Of a DNA stretch of 64,000 nucleotides, positions 9,204 to 17,928 are shown piece by piece (positions within the stretch are counted from its first letter, which is position 1; each line of letters begins with the position of its first letter). The notes under the pieces were generated by a model that saw nothing but the letters and a program-made list of their open reading frames with translations, did no database searches and had not been told where the DNA came from. Source of the stretch: Methanotrichaceae archaeon (GTDB taxonomy: Archaea; Halobacteriota; Methanosarcinia; Methanotrichales; Methanotrichaceae). The stretch is from NCBI GenBank assembly GCA_963748825.1, contig CAVVKN010000004.1:64001-128000 (forward strand), in the 5' to 3' direction. Made by a program: the position numbers and the translations under genes.

Positions 9204-12200
9204 CTATTTCTGTCCCGCATCCGAGAACTCGATATCCTTCTGGGTCTGGAAGGAGCCTGTGTACTTCTGATCGGCCTTGATCTTTTTGTAGAACTTGGCA
9301 TACTTGGTCTGAATGTTCCAGGTTCCATCGAAGGCCTGATCTGTTTTGAAGGCCAGGGTATTGTTGGCAAAATTGTTGCTGCATACACTAGAGGTCTCGC
9401 TCTTGTCCACATGGCTTAAGTTAAACCTCTCGGTTACTGAGGCTCCCATGCCCCCTTGGAAGTTGGGAGAGGCCAGCGTCTTATGGCCTTTGAGATTGCC
9501 GCCGGTAAAGACCAGATCCTTCTTCTCGGTGAAGCTATCCACCGATCCCGTGCGATCAATGGAGCGAAGAGTCTCCAGGCTGATGGAACCGTTGCCCATT
9601 ATCTTCTCATTGAACTGCATCGTCGATCCCATGATGGTATCCTTGATGGAGACCTCGCCACTGCCTTTTACGGATGATGACTCAATGAAGAGCATGCCAT
9701 TTCCGCCAGAAGAGGGGGCTACGACCGTCCGCTCCTTGGCAGAGTTGACTGTGCTCCAGTGGATCAAATAAGGCCCGCCTTCGGCAGTGCTCGATCCGCC
9801 CGTTATAAAGACGGAAAGAGGCATGTAGGTGCCTGCACCCCGGCCGGGAATGGTGCCGCTCCAGTACCCATCTTCGAGGCTGCCTGATTCCAGACTGAGG
9901 GCGCTGTCATAGACCCGATCCACGCTGAGCATATCCTGCCTGGTGAGGGGCAGTTCGGACAGGCCGTATTTCACCGAGGCGGACCTTATTCCATCCGGAC
10001 TCTGCAGGTGCACGGTTACCTTGACCGGCTCATTGGCGGCAGGCTGGGAGGGCAAGGCATTGACATCCAGAATGCTGATAGCCCCGTGCTCTGAGTCTTT
10101 CACTCCCACTATGGATAACTCGTAATTTTTAGATCCGGGCAGGCTATCTTTTCCCTGCGGAGCATACTCCAGGGCGGCATGCGATTGGGATTCATTCGTA
10201 ACTTGGGACTCATTCTCGCCTTGAGGCTCACTTTGACCATTATTCAATCCCAAAAGCTTTTCCACATAGTGTAGCAGGTTGGCAATTCCATCCAATACCA
10301 CATTGTTTTGCCTTGTTGCCGAGCGGTCCACATCGCGGGCCATAGTCCTCGATACCTCGGAGGACGCCTCCTCCTGGGAAGGCAGGTTGAAGGGCAGGCT
10401 GACATTGCCGAAGCTGATGTTGGCCGAAGCCATCTTCACGGCAGACGACTGCAATGGCCGAGATGCTTGACTTTCGGAGGCCTCCAATACCTGGCCAGGA
10501 GAACTGAGAAGCTTCAGGCTCAAGCTGAAAGTGCCGCGCACCGGCTTCTTGTCTTGAGTGAAGCCTTCTGCGGTTATGGTGTCATCGATAGCTTCGCTCA
10601 CCGTCTTTTCGGAAGCGACCGTCGTCTGGCGCTTGGGTGAAAGATAATCGATATTGCCCAGAGGCCCCAGTTTTTTGCTGATAACGAATATGCTGTAGAG
10701 AGGAACACTTCCTGTGTTGGCCACGGTGCAGGTAAGAAGGCTCTTCTCTCCCGGTACTATAGCTGGCGGCGAAGAGCTGACGAATATCTTGAGAGCGGCA
10801 ACTACTGTCGCGACCTTGACACTTGCTCTGTCCGACAGGGTGCTGCCGCGCGAGTCTCTTCCCGTGGCCTCAAATTGGATTGTGCAATTGTCAGATATCA
10901 CAGTTTTAGAATTTATCACTCTGAACTCACCCGGCTGCAGCCCACCGAGGGTGGCGAGCGTGGAGCCGTTCAAGGTTAAAGCTACGTCCTCCAGGCGATC
11001 GTCTCCGGAATTGGTGATAAGGACACTAATCTCTGCCGCCTCATCCGGACAGACCTCAATCTCAGAGGGCATGGCCTTCAAGGTAATGCCGGGCGAAGCG
11101 GACTTTAAAAGCACGCCTGCCGTGCTGACGGCCTCAAAACCGTTGCCATCAAAGCCCTTCGCCGTGACGTTTATCCAGGTGGTTGAGTTCTTGGTGTAAA
11201 TGGCTGCCATCTTTATCGATTGGCTGGGGGCCAGTTCCTTGAGAATGCGTCTCTTTCCGTCCCCCTCTAAGGTAATATTTTGCAATAGCTCCTCTCCACT
11301 GTTGCTCAAGACCCAGGTCACCTCGGCGGGCTCTCCCGGATAAATCCCGACCTCGGAAGGATCGCCCTGTATCAAGAGCGAGGAATTTAGTACCTGAAGG
11401 CCGAACTTCTCACTGGCAAAGACCTCTGTCCCTTCCAGATCATGGGCGATAACCGAAAACATATCCTGTAGGCTCTGGGAGACTGTCATCTCCTTTTGCA
11501 GCACCTGAAAATCGCCGGCAGGAAGTTGAGCTATCCGCTCGATCTCCCCAAAACTATCCCGGACAAGAATATCGGTGAGGTTTTCCGTCCCCTTATTTCC
11601 AATGCGAATTTGTAGGGAAACGCTCTCACCGCGGTGCACCCGCTGGGGGGCAGTAACCTCCAGCTTGAGTGAAGGAGAGATCTTCCAGATGTCGAAAGAC
11701 GTATTGTTGGTGTAGATCCTGTCCCGGGCATCCAACGCTCGCACGCTGGCCGATAGCCTGGTATTATTCTCAATCTGCATGGCTCCATCCAGGAAAAGCT
11801 CTTTGCCAGCAGGGAGATACTTTGTAGAGGCCACCTTTCCGGCGCAAGAGATCTGGATGTCGGACAGTTCGGCTTCTCCCCGGTTTTTCGCCAGGCATCT
11901 GTAGCCCACTACCTCGCCAGCTCTGCCTTCCGACTTATTGGCAGTTATGGTCAGCAGAAGTGCAGATATTTCTGGCGTCTCAACCCCTGTTAGATCAATA
12001 GGAGAAGGAGCCGCGGCGTCGGCACCTGCCGTCCCGGAAAAGGTGGGCTTAGCGGCAGGTGCTGCTTTGGTGCTCAGCACCTCTTCCCTGGAAGCGTGGC
12101 CTGTGGGAGTCTCGCTTGTGGTCGGCGAGATGTACTGGATGCGAGCCAAGACCTCTCCGTCGGTTGGATCGAGAGCTGATACCTGCAGCTCCTCCGGGGA

Positions 12201-12695
12201 GCCGCTGACGGCCAGCACCTTCTTCTCGCCACAAATAAGCTCAGAGAGTATGCCGAGAGATCTTCCCCCGCCTACGATCTTCACCTGATGAAGCTCCAAA
12301 GAGCCTGTGTTCTCCAGGTAGACCTGAGACATTTCAGGCAGCAAATGGACCGTGGCCAAAAGAGAGGCACTCTTGGAGGCAACATTTTGCATAGTTTCAT
12401 ATGCATTTCCATTTTTTGTCTCTGCCGCGACAAATCCGCCTGCGAGATTCCCGTTCGTTTCGTTGTCTGAACTGGGATTGTCTGGGAAGGAGGGAGGACT
12501 TGATTTCAATTCAAGACGGGATAACAGATCAGGAGAATATGATTGAGGAGAGCTGCTATCAGGGACCTGCGGAAATAGATAGAATAGAGATGGAACTAGA
12601 ATAACTAAAAACATAGCTACGCCCAGGAGTGCCGGACTTACCTTGTGGTCAAGCCTCCCCCGAGGTAGTTTACGCCCAAAGCTACCTCTTCTCAT
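9204..12695 (-). CDS. Large membrane-anchored surface protein with repeated CARDB/Ig-like domains and a beta-rich C-terminal domain
   Basis: N-terminal TM helix; repeated GE....NxGxxxLxxI....IxxLxPG motifs typical of DUF11/CARDB-like Ig folds. Confidence 0.8.
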   Translation of the reverse strand: MRRGSFGRKLPRGRLDHKVSPALLGVAMFLVILVPSLFYLFPQVPDSSSPQSYSPDLLSRLELKSSPPSFPDNPSSDNETNGNLAGGFVAAETKNGNAYETMQNVASKSASLLATVHLLPEMSQVYLENTGSLELHQVKIVGGGRSLGILSELICGEKKVLAVSGSPEELQVSALDPTDGEVLARIQYISPTTSETPTGHASREEVLSTKAAPAAKPTFSGTAGADAAAPSPIDLTGVETPEISALLLTITANKSEGRAGEVVGYRCLAKNRGEAELSDIQISCAGKVASTKYLPAGKELFLDGAMQIENNTRLSASVRALDARDRIYTNNTSFDIWKISPSLKLEVTAPQRVHRGESVSLQIRIGNKGTENLTDILVRDSFGEIERIAQLPAGDFQVLQKEMTVSQSLQDMFSVIAHDLEGTEVFASEKFGLQVLNSSLLIQGDPSEVGIYPGEPAEVTWVLSNSGEELLQNITLEGDGKRRILKELAPSQSIKMAAIYTKNSTTWINVTAKGFDGNGFEAVSTAGVLLKSASPGITLKAMPSEIEVCPDEAAEISVLITNSGDDRLEDVALTLNGSTLATLGGLQPGEFRVINSKTVISDNCTIQFEATGRDSRGSTLSDRASVKVATVVAALKIFVSSSPPAIVPGEKSLLTCTVANTGSVPLYSIFVISKKLGPLGNIDYLSPKRQTTVASEKTVSEAIDDTITAEGFTQDKKPVRGTFSLSLKLLSSPGQVLEASESQASRPLQSSAVKMASANISFGNVSLPFNLPSQEEASSEVSRTMARDVDRSATRQNNVVLDGIANLLHYVEKLLGLNNGQSEPQGENESQVTNESQSHAALEYAPQGKDSLPGSKNYELSIVGVKDSEHGAISILDVNALPSQPAANEPVKVTVHLQSPDGIRSASVKYGLSELPLTRQDMLSVDRVYDSALSLESGSLEDGYWSGTIPGRGAGTYMPLSVFITGGSSTAEGGPYLIHWSTVNSAKERTVVAPSSGGNGMLFIESSSVKGSGEVSIKDTIMGSTMQFNEKIMGNGSISLETLRSIDRTGSVDSFTEKKDLVFTGGNLKGHKTLASPNFQGGMGASVTERFNLSHVDKSETSSVCSNNFANNTLAFKTDQAFDGTWNIQTKYAKFYKKIKADQKYTGSFQTQKDIEFSDAGQK

Positions 12696-12894
12696 GCAAC
12701 TACTCCCTTTCTTCCCCTGCTAAACTATCCCTTGCCAGGATCGCGATTCACGATCCGGACTGATTTAAATAAGACTAAATCCCTTCTCTGCCTTTTTTTA
12801 TATTTCTATCTATAAATGCGTTTCGGATGTTTAGGAAAAGAATCCATCGCAGACATAATTATTGTTTTATAGCTCAATAGATATACTTGACAGT

Positions 12895-14103
12895 ATGGAC
12901 CCGTTCCTCGCCTTTCTGGCAGCGGTAATTTTCGTCAGTCTGATCATACCCAGGCTCGGGCCGTTCTTGAGTTTAGTCATCTCCGCTATCGCCTTTGGCC
13001 TCCTGGTGGGCATGGGTGAAGAGGTGCTTGGATATGTGTCCACGGGCCTATCCCGGATCTTTTCCACCCTGGCCATAGTAGTATTCAGCGGTGCCCTGCT
13101 AGCAGAGTATCTGCGCAGAACGGAGAGCTTAGAGCGAATCGTTGCCGACCTGGGGCGACTGGCCGACAAAAGCCTGCTCATCGGGGGAGCGGCCGGTTAC
13201 CTCATCTCGCTGCCCGTGATGTGCAGCATCACCGCCTACATGATTTTGCAGCCGGTGGTAAGCGGCCTGGCCGGAAAAGACGGCGAGAACGGCAAACGGG
13301 CCCTTTTCATGACGGCAGCCTGCTCCATAATTTCTTTCAACCTCATCTATCCCTCCCCCGTCATGATCACACTCTCCACAGGTCTAGGGGCGGAACCACG
13401 CGATCTGCTCATGCGCGGCATTCCTATCTCGCTGGTTTTGTTCGCCCTGGCCTACATCCTTATGAAGCATTTTTTCCCAGCGAAAACAGAATCAAGAGAG
13501 ATCAGAGCCCCTGCTAAAATGAGCCGATCACGTGCCTGGGCCCCTCTGCTTGTACCAATAGCCCTGATCTTATTTGGCGGCCTGCAGGAGCAGACGCGCA
13601 TTTTGGCAGATCCAGGCGTAGCACTGCTCCTGGGAGCCATGCTCTGTTTGGCACTGGAGAGAAAGAAGATGCAAGAGCTGATTCATGTAGCCTCGCGAAG
13701 ATCCGGCGTGATATTGCTGGACCTATGCGGAGCGGGTGCTTTCGGCTATGTGGTAGCGCAAAGCGGCCTATCTCAGGAGATCTTCCGCCTGGGCCATTTT
13801 CTGCCCGCTCTGCTCCTGCCCTTCCTGGTATCTGCCGCCCTGCAGCTCGCCCAGGGCTCAAGAGTTGTGACGGCAACAGTAGCCACTCAGATCATGGCAA
13901 GCTATCCCCTGCCTGCGGTAACTTTAGCCCTGCTCATCGCGTCAGGAGCGTTCATGTTCTCCTATGTCACCGATCCTTACTTCTGGCTCATCAAGAGCTC
14001 CACAGGGGCGAGCATGAAGCAGACGGTTCTGGGATACACTCTGCCCCTCAGCCTGCTGGGCCTGGCCGCCTTCGCGCTAGCTGCAATATCGTCGATATTA
14101 TGA
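12895..14103 (+). CDS. GntP family permease
   Basis: Polytopic membrane protein with LQLAQGSRVVTATVA and SYVTDPYFWL (GntP-type signatures). Confidence 0.85.
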   Translation: MDPFLAFLAAVIFVSLIIPRLGPFLSLVISAIAFGLLVGMGEEVLGYVSTGLSRIFSTLAIVVFSGALLAEYLRRTESLERIVADLGRLADKSLLIGGAAGYLISLPVMCSITAYMILQPVVSGLAGKDGENGKRALFMTAACSIISFNLIYPSPVMITLSTGLGAEPRDLLMRGIPISLVLFALAYILMKHFFPAKTESREIRAPAKMSRSRAWAPLLVPIALILFGGLQEQTRILADPGVALLLGAMLCLALERKKMQELIHVASRRSGVILLDLCGAGAFGYVVAQSGLSQEIFRLGHFLPALLLPFLVSAALQLAQGSRVVTATVATQIMASYPLPAVTLALLIASGAFMFSYVTDPYFWLIKSSTGASMKQTVLGYTLPLSLLGLAAFALAAISSIL

Positions 14104-14184
14104 GGAGATACTATGGGCAGGGGTCTGAGATGAAAGCAGCTGCAGAGGATGGCAGCATTTCCAAGAGAGAAGGTGCAAGTCACA

Positions 14185-14258
14185 AAATTGTGTAATTAGG
14201 AGGGAGGCAAAAGTCCTGAAACATAGGAGGGAAAGAAATGAGTCTTCGACCTTTGCCA
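14185..14258 (-). ncRNA. Candidate hairpin sRNA with two anti-SD (UCCCUCCUA) motifs
   Basis: TATA CTTAAATA (RC of 14282-14289) about 24 nt upstream; 10-bp stem GGCAAAGGUC/GACUUUUGCC with a G-U pair possible only on the minus strand; ends in AAUUUU. Confidence 0.55.
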
Positions 14259-14373
14259 ATCTAACTATACGTCAATCGCCGTATTTAAGGATTTCGTTCA
14301 CTCCGGTTAAAGAGTCAGGATTTAGAATTCTGTATCTGGCATGCATTTGGGAGTCCTCATCTGTGTTTTGCAT

Positions 14374-15174
14374 TCAGGATTTCGCCAGATCAAAGACCCA
14401 ACGGCAGACTCCGGGGGCAACATTGCCGCAGCTGCGAGCTTGCATAACCACCAGGCCCAGATCTTCGTAGCTCTTCTTGAGCGGCTCGATCTGGTGGCGC
14501 TTCTTGAAGGTATAAAAGTGCAAGCTTCCCTTGGATTTCACCAGGGGCAATACTGTTTCCAAAATCCCGTCTGCTCCGTAGGGCGCAGGAATGACGGCCC
14601 TGTGGAAATCCTTCCGGAGCAGCTTTGCCATATGAAAGGCATCGGCGTTTATTATCGCTATCCTCCTTTCCACTCGATTTCGCCGGGCGTTCTCCGCCAG
14701 ATAAAGGCATGCTTCGCGACTTTTCTCCAGTGCCAGGACATGGGCGCCCCGAGCGGCCAGGGGAATGGCAAATGGTCCCACGCCCGAGAAAGGAAGCAAC
14801 ACATCCTCACCGGCCACGACCGCTGCCGCCACCCTCATTCTCTCGTAACCGAGATGGCTGTTAAAGAAGACATTTGCTACATCCAGACGGTAGAGAAAGC
14901 CGAATTCCTTATGAATGGTGATGGTATCACCGACACCGGCCAGTAGCTCGAAGCCGGCCACCCTTCTCTCACCTTGCAGCTTGGAGGTCTTATTCAGCAC
15001 GGTATGAATGCTCTTGCCAGAAGAGAGCACAGCCCCAGCAATCTCCTTCTTGTAAGATGCCAGCTCCGGGGCAAGGGAGAGTATGGCAATATTCCCAATG
15101 ACATGAAAGCGATCCGATAGCCTGCTCAAGCACTCCTGTGGCACAACTCCTTGCAGCTTCTCTTTGAGGCGCAT
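14374..15174 (-). CDS. Trm5/Taw2 (Met-10+-like) class I SAM-dependent tRNA modification enzyme
   Basis: FHVIGNIAIL, IHKEFG..RLDVANVFFN..LGYERMR and PFSGVGPFAI motifs. Confidence 0.88.
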   Translation of the reverse strand: MRLKEKLQGVVPQECLSRLSDRFHVIGNIAILSLAPELASYKKEIAGAVLSSGKSIHTVLNKTSKLQGERRVAGFELLAGVGDTITIHKEFGFLYRLDVANVFFNSHLGYERMRVAAAVVAGEDVLLPFSGVGPFAIPLAARGAHVLALEKSREACLYLAENARRNRVERRIAIINADAFHMAKLLRKDFHRAVIPAPYGADGILETVLPLVKSKGSLHFYTFKKRHQIEPLKKSYEDLGLVVMQARSCGNVAPGVCRWVFDLAKS

Positions 15175-15399
15175 TATATTTAGTCCGTTAGGCTTTGCTT
15201 TGTCATTTCGTTGGGCCTTTGGGCCCTGATCTATCCATTTATTTTGGCAATATCTTGGTTTTGCAGCCTTATCTACATGCCCTCATGGGCAAAGCCGGCA
15301 TATCCATCCGTGGGAAGGGCTTTTCTCACCAACTTGGACAGGGCATGGATAAACCCATTTTTAGTTCAGGATAAACAGCCAAATGATCCCATCATCTAT

Positions 15400-16726
15400 G
15401 TGAACTACCGCGTCCTGAAGGGCGCGGCTTCCCACTTCATCGCCAATACTTGCATCACAGATATGCGATGTAGTGGTTTTGGCTCTATGGGCGCTACGGG
15501 CTGTTCCATCCCTGCGAAGAATATGTTCCTGGATGCATTGTAGTCTCGATCACATGAGAATCCGCAATAAGGACACTCATGTACTCGGACTGATAGGTCT
15601 TTTTTCACGATGCTTCCACAAACAGAACACTTTTGTGTGGTGTTCCTGGGATCTACTCTTATCAGCTTTCGACCAGCACTTTGAGCCTTGTACGAAAGCA
15701 TGAATATGAACTTAGACCAGGATGCATCATGAATGCTGCGATGCATGCCAGTGTTATGGCCTTTCTCTTTCAGGCCTTTGACATCAAGATCTTCAACACA
15801 AATGAGATCAAAGTTATTGATATAGGTCCGAGATAACTTATGCAGGAAATCATCACGTTGGCAATTGATTCTCTTATGCAGCTTCGCGATCTTATCCTTG
15901 ATTGCTTCGCGATTATTTGATCCCATCTTGGCTCTGGCTAGCTTTCTTTGTAGCTTTGCCAGTTTATCAGCAGATTGCTCGGCACATCTTGGATTCTCTA
16001 TATTATTGCCTTCGGAGTCAACCACGAAGGAAGTCAAACCGACATCCAGACCTACCGCTTCCTCGGTTCCTGGTAACGGCTGTGGTTCCCGATCGGCCTG
16101 GACTATGGCAAACCATCTCTCGCCTTCTCTCTTGATTATGACGGCTTTGATGCAACCTTCAATCTTTCGATAGATTTTGATCCGCATATCTCCTATCTTG
16201 GATAAATGCAATAGGCTGCGATCTTGATCAACCTTGAAACCAGATTGGTTGTAATTCAGGGTGTTGTACCAACCATATCCCTTGAAGCGAATATGTCCGA
16301 TCTTTCGGCCATTCTTTTGGGAAGCCGAGAGTCCTTTGATATTAGACCAAATAGTATAATTCACCATCTGAAGAACTTTTGTGTAGACCAGATTCAGCTT
16401 CGGATTTGTGAGCTTCAAAGAAGGAATCATGTTCTGAGTATCGTAAGTCTTGAGTTTGATGCCATTCTTCTTAGCATCATTCAGGTCTTGGAGGAGTCGA
16501 TTATAGAGCCACCTGCAAGCATCCAAATTCTCCGCTAACTTCCATTGGGTGATCTTGTTAGGAAAGATAGGATACTTGTAGCAGATCATCAAACGAATAT
16601 AGACATGCAAAACTAATATTTATATCAGTTGAGCGCGGCGTGAAAGTAATCATGGCAAAGGACTCCGCTTTCATCCCCACCCTAAAGGATGGGGACTTCC
16701 CGCTTCGTCCTTCGCAATCCTACAAG
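15400..16726 (-). mobile_element. IS200/IS605-family (IS1341-type, TnpB-only) insertion sequence
   Basis: tnpB; right end CCGCGCCCTTCAGGACGCGG hairpin then TAGTTCAC (boundary about 15400); left-end hairpin TCCCCATCCTTTAGGGTGGGGA at about 16674-16695; no tnpA; left boundary approximate. Confidence 0.85.
15405..16589 (-). CDS. tnpB: RNA-guided endonuclease TnpB
   Basis: N-terminal HTH-like region; RuvC residues GLDVG, VEDL and DRDYNAS intact; Zn ribbon CSVC..CPYC. Confidence 0.95.
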   Translation of the reverse strand: MICYKYPIFPNKITQWKLAENLDACRWLYNRLLQDLNDAKKNGIKLKTYDTQNMIPSLKLTNPKLNLVYTKVLQMVNYTIWSNIKGLSASQKNGRKIGHIRFKGYGWYNTLNYNQSGFKVDQDRSLLHLSKIGDMRIKIYRKIEGCIKAVIIKREGERWFAIVQADREPQPLPGTEEAVGLDVGLTSFVVDSEGNNIENPRCAEQSADKLAKLQRKLARAKMGSNNREAIKDKIAKLHKRINCQRDDFLHKLSRTYINNFDLICVEDLDVKGLKEKGHNTGMHRSIHDASWSKFIFMLSYKAQSAGRKLIRVDPRNTTQKCSVCGSIVKKDLSVRVHECPYCGFSCDRDYNASRNIFFAGMEQPVAPIEPKPLHRISVMQVLAMKWEAAPFRTR

Positions 16727-16755
16727 TTAAAAATCCGTTTTCAAGGAACAAGACG

Positions 16756-17184
16756 TTGATGGAAATGGGTTATCTAAGAGAAATCCGCAGGAGAGGAAGG
16801 GATGCCAACCCCTTCTTCCAATTGATGGAAATTGAGATCGGCACTTACGGCAACGGCGAAGCAGAGCTCTTCATGCCGGTGCGGCCCGATATGCACAACG
16901 ACGTAGGCTGGCTGCAGGGCGGCCTTTTTACCGCCCTTTGTGATGAAGCCATGGCCCTGGCCCTTTTCACAGTCCTGGAAGAGGATGCGGCCATCGCCAC
17001 CATATCGGAGAGCACCTCCTTTCTGCAAGGAGTTCGGAGCGGAAGAATCGCGGCCACGGGCAAGGTAGTCAAGAAAGGCAGAAACGTAGCTTTTATGGAA
17101 GGGTATGTCAAGTCCGAGGACGGCACAACCCTCACCGAGACCAGGGCCTCCTTTGCCATCATGCCCAAACGGAAGAACGCCTGA
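16756..17184 (+). CDS. PaaI family thioesterase (hotdog fold)
   Basis: NPFFQLM and HNDVGWLQGGLFTALCDEAMALA motifs. Confidence 0.9.
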   Translation: MMEMGYLREIRRRGRDANPFFQLMEIEIGTYGNGEAELFMPVRPDMHNDVGWLQGGLFTALCDEAMALALFTVLEEDAAIATISESTSFLQGVRSGRIAATGKVVKKGRNVAFMEGYVKSEDGTTLTETRASFAIMPKRKNA

Positions 17185-17213
17185 GAGGCGTTGTGGTCGA
17201 TAATGATAAAAAA

Positions 17214-17423
17214 TTATTGCCCGGCCGGCTTGAATCCAGTCATGCCGTGCCCCCCAAGCTGCAGCGTTCTCACTATCTCGCCGGCAGCATAAGCGTCCTC
17301 CGCCTGGGCTAAAACCCTCACCTTACTAAGAAGAGTTCTCTTTCCACAGGGGCATGTCCTGGTCTTGGCGTCCTTCGGGGCGTAGAGGTGGCGACCACAA
17401 CTACACCGGAAGACGACGAACAT
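17214..17423 (-). CDS. Small archaeal zinc-ribbon protein (DUF1922-like)
   Basis: VFRCSCGRHLYA....TRTCPCG pattern. Confidence 0.8.
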   Translation of the reverse strand: MFVVFRCSCGRHLYAPKDAKTRTCPCGKRTLLSKVRVLAQAEDAYAAGEIVRTLQLGGHGMTGFKPAGQ

Positions 17424-17440
17424 CTAAAAGAGAAGGGATT

Positions 17441-17824
17441 TTACGCGGCAGGCAGCAGTATGGCATTGATGACGCCATCCTGGCCGGGCCGGTTGGTTAT
17501 CCTGGCATCTCCCATTTCCGTCTTGATGACAGCACCCTTGGTGAGAATGTTCCTTCTCATGTAGTGCAAATTAGCCTTGTTTTCCTTTACGGTCTCAATC
17601 TTGACCATCTTGGACTTGCCAGTCACTGGATCGGCAATTGTGGCCATATTGCCCCGCAGCATGCGCATCTTTATGTTTCCGCCTTTTGTCTCGATCTTTT
17701 TAACTCTGACCGCGGCAATGGTGGTATCGCTCTGCTCTCTGCCTATCTCATACTTTCTCTTGCCCCTGGCGAGAATCAATTTTCCCCCGGTGGGCTTCCT
17801 TCCAAATTTGCCTTGCCAACGCAT
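17441..17824 (-). CDS. rps8e: 30S ribosomal protein S8e
   Basis: MRWQGK..RKPTGG, RKYEIGRE, RRNILTKGAVI and ITNRPGQDGVINA. Confidence 0.97.
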   Translation of the reverse strand: MRWQGKFGRKPTGGKLILARGKRKYEIGREQSDTTIAAVRVKKIETKGGNIKMRMLRGNMATIADPVTGKSKMVKIETVKENKANLHYMRRNILTKGAVIKTEMGDARITNRPGQDGVINAILLPAA

Positions 17825-17928
17825 ATTATAATTCCTCAGATCGCAAATCCTCTTTGGTGCACGGTATTTAATGGTTGTGGTGCTTTTGATCCCCGCCCCA
17901 TTCTTTTCAAATCCATTTCAAACCTATA

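Noticed and set aside
15293-15304. 12-bp match AGCCGGCATATC shared with 38731-38742
   Set aside because: Isolated short match expected by chance in 64 kb; the contexts are unrelated
15405-16589. Nuclease-dead TnpB-derived regulator or Cas12f system
   Set aside because: RuvC catalytic residues and IS ends are intact, and there is no CRISPR array
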